64,000 nt of DNA from Halobacteriota archaeon (lineage in GTDB: Archaea > Halobacteriota > Syntropharchaeia > DAOWMC01), in contig JAXHUQ010000001.1 in assembly GCA_034189535.1 (NCBI GenBank), forward strand, positions 67-64,066. The letters are read 5' to 3'. Under the pieces are notes generated by a model. That model was not told where the DNA came from. It ran no database searches and was given only the letters and a program-made list of their open reading frames with translations. Positions 29,168 to 39,868 of this stretch are shown here, piece by piece. Within the stretch, counting starts at the first letter, position 1; each line of letters opens with the position of its first letter. The translations under genes were made by a program, and so were the position numbers.

Positions 29168-29652
29168 GATGCCTATTTTGACATCCAACTTTGTATAAAA
29201 AACATATTATTGTAGAGCATCCTTGCCCTACAATCGTTGATTATCTCTTATAACCAGATGTTACTATATTTAGCATAACATTGTATAACATTAGTACATA
29301 CTATCGCCGACATTAATACTAGTCAGTTCTTTTTCCACGCATTCCGGACAAGTATTCTTGCCTTTTATCTTTGTATTACAGCTGCTACATATTGGTTTCC
29401 CACAGAGATCGCATTTTATATCCGTATCGACATCCGGATGATTTATACATTTCATATCCAATCACCAATTTTGCTATAAATAGCTTTCATTGATCTCATT
29501 CTATAAATAGGTTTATATATCTCATGTAGGTTTATGGTTCATATATCTCACGTCTCCTATGCCATCTGTATCCATCTTTATTATTGTTCCAAGCAGACAA
29601 AACGAAACATTTAAAGAATTACAGCCTCATACCGATATAAGGAGCTTGGAAT

Positions 29653-30960
29653 ATGGCGAATATAAGTCTTGAAGATCTAGCAAAATTATTGGAGATGTAC
29701 GATGTTGAGGAGATATCCGGAGTCAATATTGAGGGTGACATCGAGATCGAATTATCAGAAGGAACAGATGGTGCCAGCATCGGACTGATGTTGGGTCAGG
29801 GGATAACACAGGCGGCTATGGGGCTGCTGAACCTTGCAAGATCTGCAGGTTATCCGGTTGATAGTGTTTTGCAGATGCCTGCGACTATGATGGGTATTGA
29901 ACAGATGGGGGCACGTGCAGCTAAGCTAGACTCACTTATACCAGCCAAATTCAATGTTGGAAAAGAAAAGTGGATTGATCGGGTAGAGGAAGTGACCATC
30001 GGTGCAACATCATCGGATGGAGGGTCAAGAGGTAATGTGATAACGATTGGTGGTCAGACTGCCATGCCATTCTACAGCTTCGACGGTGAGATTCCGAACC
30101 CCCCGGCGGTTACGATTGACTGTTTTGATATACCAATACCACTTGCAAAGGCTGTAAAGACTCATTATGAAGATGTAATGAGTGACCCTGGTGAGTGGGC
30201 AAAGAAGAATGTAGAGAAGTTCAAGGCAGACATGGTCACGATTCACTTGATTGGTACGGACCCCCTGATAAACGATACCCCAGCAAAAGAGGCCGCCAAG
30301 GTAGTGGAAGAGGTTCTTCAGGCAGTAAAAGTTCCAATCGTCATAGGTGGTTCGGGAAATCCTGAGAAAGATCCCGAGGTGCTTGAGAAGGCTGCAGAAG
30401 TTGCAGAGGGTGAAAGGTGTCTCCTTGCATCAGCAAATCTAAATATGGATTATGAGAGGATTGCAAACGCTGCAAAGAAGTACGGACATGTGGTACTTTC
30501 TTGGACCCAGCTCGACATAAATGACCAGAAGACCCTGAACAGGTATCTCTTCAAATTGGGAATAGAGAGAAGCGATATCGTTATAGATCCGACAACTGCT
30601 GCTCTTGGATACGGACTCGATTACGCTTACACAAACATGGAGAGGATAAGGATGAGTGGGCTGAAGGGCGATAAAGATCTATCATTCCCTATGTCATCCG
30701 GGACCACAAATGCTTGGGGTGCTCGTGAAGCATGGATGAAGGATTCACCGATAAAAGATGATTCTGACTGGGGTCCGAGGGAGTATAGAGGTCCGATTTA
30801 CGAGATTATTACAGGTCTGACACTTGCCCTTGGAGGTGGTGATCTCTTCATGATGATGCATCCTGGTGCGGTTGCGGTATTCAAGGAGATCACACAGACA
30901 CTATTTGGTGCGATAAAGAAGGATCAAGTGGATATATCCAACTGGATCACAAAGACCTAA
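29653..30960 (+). CDS. cdhD: CO dehydrogenase/acetyl-CoA synthase complex delta subunit
   Basis: [37 protein letters not shown]. Confidence 0.95.
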   Translation: MANISLEDLAKLLEMYDVEEISGVNIEGDIEIELSEGTDGASIGLMLGQGITQAAMGLLNLARSAGYPVDSVLQMPATMMGIEQMGARAAKLDSLIPAKFNVGKEKWIDRVEEVTIGATSSDGGSRGNVITIGGQTAMPFYSFDGEIPNPPAVTIDCFDIPIPLAKAVKTHYEDVMSDPGEWAKKNVEKFKADMVTIHLIGTDPLINDTPAKEAAKVVEEVLQAVKVPIVIGGSGNPEKDPEVLEKAAEVAEGERCLLASANLNMDYERIANAAKKYGHVVLSWTQLDINDQKTLNRYLFKLGIERSDIVIDPTTAALGYGLDYAYTNMERIRMSGLKGDKDLSFPMSSGTTNAWGAREAWMKDSPIKDDSDWGPREYRGPIYEIITGLTLALGGGDLFMMMHPGAVAVFKEITQTLFGAIKKDQVDISNWITKT

Positions 30961-31015
30961 TTATTTCTTTAAGATAGATAATGAGATGAAAAAGCCTGAG
31001 TCTTTTCAGGCTTAC

Positions 31016-32014
31016 TTATTTTTTGTTTTTTGATATACTTATTATGTCACCGACTATTGTACTTGCGGTCTCTATAGATCCGGCACCTTTACCGGTAACT
31101 GTAATCTCACCTGCAAGATCGGTCTGAATTGATGCCACGTTGAGGGTTCCTCCTATTGAGAGTGGATCTCCAATGGGGATAAGTCTGGGTGCAACACTTA
31201 GAACATCTCTGCTCACTTCTCCTACAAGTTTTATCAGGTATCCCTCATCACGGGCAAGTTGAAGCGCATCGGTAGTGACGTGGCGTATACCTGTTACCTT
31301 CACATCATTGTAAGTAACATTGAGACCGAAGATGGAGTTTGCAAGTATCACAAGCTTACAGGCAGCATCTATTCCATCAACATCATAGGTCGGATCAGCT
31401 TCTGCTATGCCCAGATCCTGTGCCTCTGTTAGAACGTGTTCATAGGGTAATCCATCCTCAGCCATTCTAGTAAGGATATAATTACAGGTACCATTGAGTA
31501 TACCAGTTATACTCAAGATCTCATTACATGCAAGATCATCCCTGATCAGGTTAATGATCGGCATCGCACCACCTACAGTTGCTTCATACCTTAAGCCAAC
31601 ATCATTTGCTATTGCAAGATCCATCAACTTCTTATAGTTGAGTGCGAGTGGACCTTTGTTTGACGTGACAAGGTTCCTCTTATTCTCAAGAGCGGTGATC
31701 ATATGTGTCATTCCGGGTTCGCCGGTCTCTTTATTTGTCGGAGTGGTCTCAACCACAATATCATGATCGATCTCTTCAATCATTCGGACTCCGGCCATAT
31801 CGAGTGCTTCAATCTCCTTATTCTTTGCCTTCTTCAGAATATCCTCAAGATCTAAACCAGACTCATCCACAACGGTTCCCCATATATCAGAAATTGCTAC
31901 AACTTTGAGATCGATCCCCAATAATTTCATATAATCATATTTTTGCCGGATCACCTGTGCAACACCACGCCCTACAACCCCAAATCCGACGATTGAAACC
32001 CGTATCACTTTCAT
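31016..32014 (-). CDS. hom: Homoserine dehydrogenase
   Basis: GFGVVG, TSNKG, EATVGGAMP, NGTCNYIL, GKGAG..ETA. Confidence 0.93.
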   Translation of the reverse strand: MKVIRVSIVGFGVVGRGVAQVIRQKYDYMKLLGIDLKVVAISDIWGTVVDESGLDLEDILKKAKNKEIEALDMAGVRMIEEIDHDIVVETTPTNKETGEPGMTHMITALENKRNLVTSNKGPLALNYKKLMDLAIANDVGLRYEATVGGAMPIINLIRDDLACNEILSITGILNGTCNYILTRMAEDGLPYEHVLTEAQDLGIAEADPTYDVDGIDAACKLVILANSIFGLNVTYNDVKVTGIRHVTTDALQLARDEGYLIKLVGEVSRDVLSVAPRLIPIGDPLSIGGTLNVASIQTDLAGEITVTGKGAGSIETASTIVGDIISISKNKK

Positions 32015-32332
32015 GCTATACCTCTTCAGTTGCTAAACCCGTAAAGATGCTTAATACTTATATATCTGCCTATCTTCCTCATCGCCACCATTTTTACTGA
32101 GTCGAATTGAAATTTGTAAGTCAAATCTTTAGGTTATGAACATAGTTTTTGTAAAAGCATGTCCATTATATTTATAAGGGGGACAAGGCTTAGTATTATT
32201 AAAATATGGGTGTTGAGCCTAAATTTAATCGCATGTTTATTCACCTCTTGGAAAGCCTTATTCCTTTGTGCTCCTCACCCATTTTTATGCCCAATTTTAA
32301 AGGAACGATTTTGGCTTTAGAATCCACACTCT

Positions 32333-33442
32333 TTACTTCCAGGTCACAATAGTCAGTACGTCTTCATCACAGAGTTCATGATCAAGACCGACCTTCTGGC
32401 CTGCGTGTTTTGCAGATGGGCCCCAGACCATCGCATATCTGAACTTCTTCTCAAAGTTCCTGTGCAGTTTTTTACAGGCAACCTCTACCTTATCACCATC
32501 TTTCAAGATCAATGGTTCTTCGTAGTCTGTTTCCTTGCCTACCGGTTTCATATAAATCCGTTTTAGCTTTAAATGGGTGAATATGCTCTCTCTTGTCTCG
32601 TCCAAACCCTCACCATTTTTAGCAGATATGGCGATCACATCAAGGTCCCTGCCCTTTATATCTTTTACAGTCTTCTTCAGTTGTGCCCTTTCTATCAGAT
32701 CCGACTTGTTTATGATTGCAACAGCAGGCACGTAAATTTTATTTTGAGAGAATGAATCTATCAGTTGATCCTCTGTAATATCACCGCGTACAATGATCTC
32801 GGCATTTAATATGAACTCCGAAGCGATAGTCTTTATCAGGTCCTCGTTCAAGTGCGTAAGTTTCCCTGTAGTATTTATTATGAGTCCTCCCTGCCCTTTC
32901 TTCGTGACAAGAACATCTGGCTTTTTCCGGTTCAAACGTAACCCGGCATCGTAAAGCTCTCTTTCTATCACCTCAAGATCATCGGGACGTTGCCCATCCA
33001 CCATAAGTATAACTAGATCGACGTTTCTTACCGCCGATAAGATCTCCCGTCCCCTCCCTTTTCCCTTTGACGCACCGGTAATAAGGCCTGGTAGATCCAG
33101 AAGCTGAATATCTGCCCCCTTGTACTTCATCATTCCCGGAATCGCATCAAGTGTTGTGAAATCATAAGCACCGATCTTGCTCGAAGCCGCAGTCAGCTGA
33201 TTGAGAAGCGTGCTCTTTCCGATGCTAGGAAAACCGATAATTCCGACAGTTGCATCGCCAGACTTTTTGATCGAGAAGCCTTTACCCTTTGATCCTGAGC
33301 TTCTCGATATCTCAGACTCCTCTCTGAGCTTGGCAAGCTTTGCCTTTAGCTTTCCCAGATGGTGCATTGTGGCCTTGTTCTTCTGGGTTTTTAGGATCTC
33401 GTCTTCTATCTCCTTTATCTTCTCTTCAATTGATGGACTCAT
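32333..33442 (-). CDS. DRG/OBG-family GTPase with TGS domain
   Basis: GFPSIGKST, YDFTT, DLPG, NKSD, VWGPSAKH. Confidence 0.92.
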   Translation of the reverse strand: MSPSIEEKIKEIEDEILKTQKNKATMHHLGKLKAKLAKLREESEISRSSGSKGKGFSIKKSGDATVGIIGFPSIGKSTLLNQLTAASSKIGAYDFTTLDAIPGMMKYKGADIQLLDLPGLITGASKGKGRGREILSAVRNVDLVILMVDGQRPDDLEVIERELYDAGLRLNRKKPDVLVTKKGQGGLIINTTGKLTHLNEDLIKTIASEFILNAEIIVRGDITEDQLIDSFSQNKIYVPAVAIINKSDLIERAQLKKTVKDIKGRDLDVIAISAKNGEGLDETRESIFTHLKLKRIYMKPVGKETDYEEPLILKDGDKVEVACKKLHRNFEKKFRYAMVWGPSAKHAGQKVGLDHELCDEDVLTIVTWK

Positions 33443-33573
33443 AGTCTCTTCCGGTATTGCAAGTATGTATATAGTGACACATAAAATAATCTACTTTTTC
33501 ATGTTGACATAGCCTGTAACTTTCGGTCTGGATAATGCAAAGATAAAAATATAATGGTGATATATCTGCTATT

Positions 33574-34131
33574 ATGAAACTAGAAGTAAGCGACTACCCG
33601 AAGCTACTAGTAAGGCAGGTTGTGGTGATCTCTACCATATCAGATAGCGGAGTATCAAATGCCGCACCATTCAGTTTGAATTCACCGATATGTTTTAACC
33701 CACCTCTCTATGGATTCTCCACGAATCCGAATCATCACACATGGAAGAATATTCAAAAGAATGAAGAGTTCGTCGTGAATGTGGTTGGAAACGACTTTGG
33801 AGAGCTGATGGAAGTACTGGAATATCCATTTGATTACGAGGTCAGTGAGATCGAGAAGGCAGGTCTTACGGAAGAGAAGGCGGAGATGGTGAAGCCCCCG
33901 AGGATCGCTGAGGCAAATGCCTGGATAGAGTGTAAGCTCAAAGATTCTATAGTCTTGGGGGATCACGTATGGGTCGTCGGAGAGGTTGTCTGTACGGGTG
34001 TCAAGGACGGTCTCTGGACTGATCAAGCGGCACTTGATCTTAAAAAAGCAAATGCCCTCTGTCACATGGGCGGTAAATTCTTCGTCAGTGATTCGAGGAT
34101 AAAAGAGTTCAACAGGGCTCAAAGGAAGTAG
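33574..34131 (+). CDS. Flavin reductase-like (flavoredoxin) protein
   Basis: NAAPFS, HTWKNI...EFVVN, IECKL, GDH. Confidence 0.85.
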   Translation: MKLEVSDYPKLLVRQVVVISTISDSGVSNAAPFSLNSPICFNPPLYGFSTNPNHHTWKNIQKNEEFVVNVVGNDFGELMEVLEYPFDYEVSEIEKAGLTEEKAEMVKPPRIAEANAWIECKLKDSIVLGDHVWVVGEVVCTGVKDGLWTDQAALDLKKANALCHMGGKFFVSDSRIKEFNRAQRK

Positions 34132-35192
34132 ATACCTGCGACATTGAACGCCATTGCAAGGTTTCCGATAACAAGTAGAGTCCCCATCAGAATGATTGCA
34201 CGTACCCCGTTTCTTGGGGTGGGGTTTCTTGCAAGGAGATAATACGGTATCAACTGGGCGGCAATGATAGGAAATGCCCATATCAAAAATCCACGGGTGA
34301 ATAGGTACTCAAAATAACATATCAACACTATTACGAGATCCGCCAGTGCTATGCATATGAAACCGAGATAGAACGAGTTCCGAAGCCCCAATCTTGTCGC
34401 AATTGTGGTTAAGCCTTCTTTCTTATCACCATCGTAATCTACTATTGTAGTTGGCATATAGACTGCGCCGGTTCCAAGGGCAACGATGACAAACCACCAA
34501 ACAAGTTCAAAAAGAGGTCTATCCTGTCCTGCTGCGGCCCAACCGGCGAGTGAGCAAATCACACCAGCGCCAATCATACATGTCAAAAGATCGAGTCCGG
34601 GACGCTCCTTTAATCTGAAGGGGGGTGCAGAGTATAATATGGAAAGAAGTAGGCATACCGCAATAAGCAGGGTGAACAATCCTGAAATACGCAGTGATAT
34701 CAAGATTGCCATAACCATCAGTATTACAGAACTCAACATTGCTATTCCCGGACTGAGTAGCCCTGTTACGAGCGGAAACTCCTCTTTTCTTATCGATTTG
34801 TCATATTCTCTGTCCCAGTAATCATTGAATAGGAGTGTTGAACCGCCAAGGAGTGGGCCAACGACTATCACTCCAAGGAAGAATGTACTCGAAGAAGAGA
34901 TCCATTCAGCTATCCATTCTAAGATCAGCCGAATCATTCCTGCGGTTGTGGGATCTCCACCATAGTTCTCTATCAGCCATCCCCACGTCTCTTTCTGCCC
35001 TGGTAGAACCACTCTGTTTGTATATGCCCAGCTAAGGTAGTACGGCCCCATAGAGACCCACCAGAAGAGCATGTTCATATGCTTCACCAGGTACCTTAGG
35101 GTATTGACAAATGAAGAGGCTATATCGATGACCCCGTCAAGATAACTTTCGGAACTGTAGTCTTCAATCATTCTAGGATCTATTCCATTCAA
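34119..35192 (-). CDS. UbiA-family prenyltransferase
   Basis: NDYWDREYD, YSAPPFRLK, DYDGDKKEG; multiple TM helices. Confidence 0.85.
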   Translation of the reverse strand: MNGIDPRMIEDYSSESYLDGVIDIASSFVNTLRYLVKHMNMLFWWVSMGPYYLSWAYTNRVVLPGQKETWGWLIENYGGDPTTAGMIRLILEWIAEWISSSSTFFLGVIVVGPLLGGSTLLFNDYWDREYDKSIRKEEFPLVTGLLSPGIAMLSSVILMVMAILISLRISGLFTLLIAVCLLLSILYSAPPFRLKERPGLDLLTCMIGAGVICSLAGWAAAGQDRPLFELVWWFVIVALGTGAVYMPTTIVDYDGDKKEGLTTIATRLGLRNSFYLGFICIALADLVIVLICYFEYLFTRGFLIWAFPIIAAQLIPYYLLARNPTPRNGVRAIILMGTLLVIGNLAMAFNVAGIYFL

Positions 35193-36425
35193 TCAGAGCT
35201 TCGGGGACCTATTGGGATTTAGTATGTTGTACGGATCGAATGCCATCTTCATGTCTTTCAATGCTGTAACGTCTTCACCGGTGGATTTCCTGGTGCTGTA
35301 ATCATGAACTACACCCATAACAGAGCATCCGCCATATTTCGAAACGAGCTCGTCGACCTTCTTTCCAAGTGCCATGGCTGTAACCTGACTCTTAAGGTCA
35401 TCTCCACCTTGCAGGCAGTACGGCATAAGAAGAACAGAACTCCGATCGATTATCAGGCCATTAATGGATGATTTCAGTCCCATCCCGCTTGCGATATCAT
35501 ACACTCCTGCAATCATCTCACTCATGCGCGATACCGGTATCATTGCTTCGGGCACAACAATCACCGAACCCAATTTCCTTATGCAAGCATCAAAATATCT
35601 ATTGTCCCATTCCTGCTTTGCAACTTTTGCATCCTCTTTTTTCCCTTTTCCCATAAGCTGATCAATTATGCCCTCTTCATAATCCATCATCTCTTTTGAT
35701 CCCTTCAGTGTAATGTTTAGTATCGGACCTTCAGGAGCATCGGTACCGACATTACTGAGGAACTCGGAATGGTTCTTGTCTGTAAATGATATGTTGAAAG
35801 GTGTCACTTTTGCTCTTGTTAACACATAAGCAGCTTCGGATAGGCTATCAATATCCATAAATGAGTAGGATAACTGTCGCATCTCCTCCTTGTTGTATAT
35901 CTTCAAGGTGCTCTTGGTAATTATTCCAAGGGTTCCTTCCGCACCTACCATGAGCTCGGTCAGACTGTATCCAGAGCTATTCGAGGCCACGTCATCGAAT
36001 CCGGTGTTGATCACTTTACCGTTTGAAAGGACCACCTCAAGGGATCTTATCTGCTCCTCTATCCCGCCATACTTGTATGAACCTATGCCATAACCGCCGG
36101 TATTTATCCAACCACCGACGGTAGATGACGAAGCATTACTGGGACATGCTCCAAGAAGAAAGCCACTCTTGAGAACGGTATCATATAGCTTATCCCACCT
36201 GACTCCCGCATCTACAATAACCCTCTGATCCTCCGCGTCTACTTCGATCAACCGGTCAATATTCCCCATATCTAAGACAATGCCATCATCCGGAACCACA
36301 CCACCACTATAGATCCAACTATCACCGCCCATTGGTGTGATGGCCGTACCATCTCTCATGGCCTGCTTGACAATACTAGATACTTCTTCGGTTGTTTTCG
36401 GCTTTATGATATTAGCATTACTCAA
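35193..36425 (-). CDS. FAD-binding oxidoreductase (GlcD/VAO family)
   Basis: PCMH-type FAD domain, STVGGW, GAEGTLGIIT, DPYNILNP. Confidence 0.82.
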   Translation of the reverse strand: MSNANIIKPKTTEEVSSIVKQAMRDGTAITPMGGDSWIYSGGVVPDDGIVLDMGNIDRLIEVDAEDQRVIVDAGVRWDKLYDTVLKSGFLLGACPSNASSSTVGGWINTGGYGIGSYKYGGIEEQIRSLEVVLSNGKVINTGFDDVASNSSGYSLTELMVGAEGTLGIITKSTLKIYNKEEMRQLSYSFMDIDSLSEAAYVLTRAKVTPFNISFTDKNHSEFLSNVGTDAPEGPILNITLKGSKEMMDYEEGIIDQLMGKGKKEDAKVAKQEWDNRYFDACIRKLGSVIVVPEAMIPVSRMSEMIAGVYDIASGMGLKSSINGLIIDRSSVLLMPYCLQGGDDLKSQVTAMALGKKVDELVSKYGGCSVMGVVHDYSTRKSTGEDVTALKDMKMAFDPYNILNPNRSPKL

Positions 36426-36586
36426 AATACAGCCCCCTTGCGCAATATATTTTCAACTGATAAACCATAATTTAAACAACCTGCACATTAACATTTCGTT
36501 TTGTCATACCTTATTTGGCCTTATCCGCCAAGCAATATGAATTGTGGGGTCGGTTTTTTGGGATAATCGTTTCCATAAAAATAACT

Positions 36587-38185
36587 TCATACTCCGTCTA
36601 CTTTCTTGAAGTAAATTAGGAAATGAATTACCAGAAGAAAGACTGAGATAAATGCAAGAATGGGCAGATTAAACCACCTAAAGGAACTTTGTGAGCCAAC
36701 AAGAAGTGTTATACCCTCCCTTATATCAACATCGTCATAAGATATCCATATGTTGGCCAGGTATGTTCCGGATGAAGTGGATGAATGTGGAGTAACTTGT
36801 ATACTATGTGTAACAGTGCTTCTTGGTTGAATCAACCTTTTGTTTTCGTCAATTTTTACAGCCCAGTGAGCCGGTAGCTCCATATTTATGTCAATTTCTA
36901 CCGGATCATCGTTAAAGTTTGTTACTCTGAAGGTGACCTCACCGGATCTACCCGGAAGAAGGCTCGGAGAACTTATATCGGAGATTCTTATCTTATCCAA
37001 AGACTCATCGCTTGTCGGCTCATAATAATTGAATATATTCATCTGCTTGACCGGCCAATAGATATACAAGGAGCAATCCTCTAAAACCCATGGGATCTCA
37101 TAGTGAATCATATTTTTCTCATTTGGGATCAGATCATCAAACCTCCATTTCACGAGAGGGCCGTCGAGAAGTATCATCGGTTCTGTCTCAAACAATATCT
37201 CCCCTACAGATGGCGCCATTTCTTTCGGGATCTGCTCAATGATCTCGAGAGTCCTGATCGGTATTTCAGAGTTCTCGATATTAAGTGAGACTGATGTTAC
37301 ATTCTTCTTATTATCAATTACTACCGATCTCTTTATAATGGGGTGGCTATAATCGCTGTTTTTTGAACTGACTCTTAAGATGAAGAAGTTTTCATCTTCA
37401 AAGATCTCGTTACCCACTCTTATCAAAACAAGATAATCTTTGATTGATACATCCGTTGGAATAGAGACTATTATATTCAACTTTTTGGATTCGTTCGGGG
37501 GAATAGAGAGTGAGTCTGGTATAATTCTTACCATCTCACTCTCATCTTCCGAATCAATTCTTTCGATATTCGTATGAACATTCAGTTCTAAGGTCTCATT
37601 TGTTGGGTTACCGATCTCAATACTACTGAGAACGCAGTCTCCTGGCAGGGTCTCTATGAGTACGGGAATCTTCAAAAATTCAAGCACCAGTTCATCCTGA
37701 TTCGTAGGTATTATCTTCTTCTCTTCCAGGGTGTAGGTAAAGCCGTCAATGTTGTAATTCTTCGGTTTAAGTATTATCGAGAAGCTTCTAGTCACCTCTG
37801 AAGTTGTGAAATTCTCATAGGTAGCTTTTGATGTCGCATTGTACATTCCAATGGAATTATTCCCCGAGTTCCAGCTCTTTACGAACGTGACAACTCCAAA
37901 TGCAGGTATCTCTGTTGGATCAAAGATGAGTGTATCTACCAGATAACCTGAACTGTTGGTTATGTTTATCTGCGCTGTGGCGTTTATGGCAATGTTTCCT
38001 GTGTTCTCAATTACAACTATGAAATTTGTACTCATCAGACTTATTACAGGATCGTTATCCATATAAAGGTCTATCACCTCGGCATTTATTGTCGGAAGAA
38101 CACTCACATTAACAGGCACAGTATGAGCATATGCTTGTGAGATGAGCAGAAGAACAAAGAATAAAATTACAAGTACCTTTCTCAT
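36587..38185 (-). CDS. Secreted multi-Ig-fold protein with C-terminal TM anchor
   Basis: Signal peptide; ENTGN...W...G.Y.A beta-sandwich; NEW3-like last domain; TM plus KK. Confidence 0.75.
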   Translation of the reverse strand: MRKVLVILFFVLLLISQAYAHTVPVNVSVLPTINAEVIDLYMDNDPVISLMSTNFIVVIENTGNIAINATAQINITNSSGYLVDTLIFDPTEIPAFGVVTFVKSWNSGNNSIGMYNATSKATYENFTTSEVTRSFSIILKPKNYNIDGFTYTLEEKKIIPTNQDELVLEFLKIPVLIETLPGDCVLSSIEIGNPTNETLELNVHTNIERIDSEDESEMVRIIPDSLSIPPNESKKLNIIVSIPTDVSIKDYLVLIRVGNEIFEDENFFILRVSSKNSDYSHPIIKRSVVIDNKKNVTSVSLNIENSEIPIRTLEIIEQIPKEMAPSVGEILFETEPMILLDGPLVKWRFDDLIPNEKNMIHYEIPWVLEDCSLYIYWPVKQMNIFNYYEPTSDESLDKIRISDISSPSLLPGRSGEVTFRVTNFNDDPVEIDINMELPAHWAVKIDENKRLIQPRSTVTHSIQVTPHSSTSSGTYLANIWISYDDVDIREGITLLVGSQSSFRWFNLPILAFISVFLLVIHFLIYFKKVDGV

Positions 38186-38264
38186 AAGAACACCAACATT
38201 CATATATTGAAAAGTGACATTTCACTAGCTCAATTTATATTACAGAAAAATTAAAAATTACTCC

Positions 38265-38945
38265 TTATTTGTACTCTTTTTCGTATTTCAATCTGTTACT
38301 ACCTTTTTCAGTCAATTTTAAACTACTAGGAGCTGTTACTTCTTCTCTTCTTCTTGATCTTATGAGGAAAAATACCAGGATGACAATAATTGCTAGCAGT
38401 ATTAGTGTGGTATTGCTTGCAAAGAACTCACTCATCATACCGGTGGACATTAAGGGTTCTTCACCAACCACTTCCACTGAAATTGGTATTCTGAATCCGG
38501 TCCAGGCGGCTACTCCGGGAGAGTCTTTAGCAGAGACATCCGCATCTCTGAAACAGACCCAAGTCCTCCTCTGGTACCAGTGTCCGGGGATTGGTGCGTC
38601 GGTAGAATTGACTCCATAGAGACCTGGTTTGGAATTTTCGGGAATCTCTATCGTAATTGTGAAGACTTCACTCTCACCTTCACTGAGTGTATATTCATTC
38701 GGCTCTATTTTGATCCAGGAAGTGATATTCATCTCTTCCGTATCCCCATTAAAAGGAGTGTACAGCGCATACCAGTAGCCATATCTTGTATCCTTGTCCC
38801 CAGTCAATTGTACTGTAAAAGTGAGTATTTCTCCCGGTTCCCCTCTCCAGCCGTAAGCGGTTATTGTATCTGTTTGTGTGGCTGATGCGGCTTGTATAGA
38901 TGAAAGAATAATCAACAATATCACAATGGATCTTATAGCTTTCAC
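38265..38945 (-). CDS. Secreted PapD/DUF916-like beta-sandwich protein with C-terminal TM
   Basis: Signal peptide; SWIKIEP..TL..GE...FTITIEIPEN..PG.YG; TM plus RSRRR. Confidence 0.65.
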   Translation of the reverse strand: MKAIRSIVILLIILSSIQAASATQTDTITAYGWRGEPGEILTFTVQLTGDKDTRYGYWYALYTPFNGDTEEMNITSWIKIEPNEYTLSEGESEVFTITIEIPENSKPGLYGVNSTDAPIPGHWYQRRTWVCFRDADVSAKDSPGVAAWTGFRIPISVEVVGEEPLMSTGMMSEFFASNTTLILLAIIVILVFFLIRSRRREEVTAPSSLKLTEKGSNRLKYEKEYK

Positions 38946-39052
38946 TGTATCTCTTTCTCCTTATATATCCACTCGGTAGATACAATATATAAACATTTCT
39001 CCCTTACCTCTTAAAAAGAGAAGAGGTACGGAGTGTTACCTCAGAAGATTAT

Positions 39053-39652
39053 TTAAGCTGCTGAACACTCCGTATAAAAGCTTCCTGTATAATCTGATGC
39101 CGATTCGGTACTCTGCGGTATGTCAAGACAGAGGAAAAGTGACTGGTTTCCTCCTGGTGCGAGACTTGATATCTGTGGACTTCCCGGCGAACTTTCGACC
39201 ATTGCAGTACTAATCGGACTCACGGCGCTACCATGAATACCTGCAGTACAGTTGTAGGTCTCTTGAGTGGACAGGTCAATATCCGTACTCGTTGTTGCCG
39301 ATGTTATATCGGTCCCGTAGAAGTATACATCCATCGCAACAGTTCCACTGTTGTTCAGTGTGACTTCATTTACACCACTAGAGGCGTCTTGCGCCCCACC
39401 AGCGTAAATTTGGGCATCTCCGGAATCATAGCATGTCGGCTCGTTGTCATATGACCCTGACTGTCCCGTGAAGTTCCACATTGCAATCTCGGTCCAATCA
39501 CCTCCAAACTCTCTGAAGTCGACAATACTGGTGTTCCTCTCTACGGTGACATTCTGAGTCACCGTATCTGCCCAAGTTGGCATCCCAAAAGCGACTAGTA
39601 GTAATAGCATAATCAAGGCTAAAATTGTGCATGTTTCAGTTTTCTTATTCAT
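39053..39652 (-). CDS. Small secreted pilin/WxL-like subunit
   Basis: Signal peptide, no TM anchor; homologous to the C-terminus of 39869-44188. Confidence 0.65.
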   Translation of the reverse strand: MNKKTETCTILALIMLLLLVAFGMPTWADTVTQNVTVERNTSIVDFREFGGDWTEIAMWNFTGQSGSYDNEPTCYDSGDAQIYAGGAQDASSGVNEVTLNNSGTVAMDVYFYGTDITSATTSTDIDLSTQETYNCTAGIHGSAVSPISTAMVESSPGSPQISSLAPGGNQSLFLCLDIPQSTESASDYTGSFYTECSAA

Positions 39653-39868
39653 TAATTTCACCCCCTCCACAATTTGATGTATTATGGCCATTTAAAATTA
39701 ATTTTCCTAATTTATCCGAGTTTACATCACCATACAGATTAGAAATATGGCCATTTTTCTATGCATATATGTCTTATCTTATAGTATTTATAACTTGTGC
39801 TAAGGTACTAATATTGCTCTGAGATAACAATATTGGCTTTGATTATAAACACTTGCATAAAATGTGAT

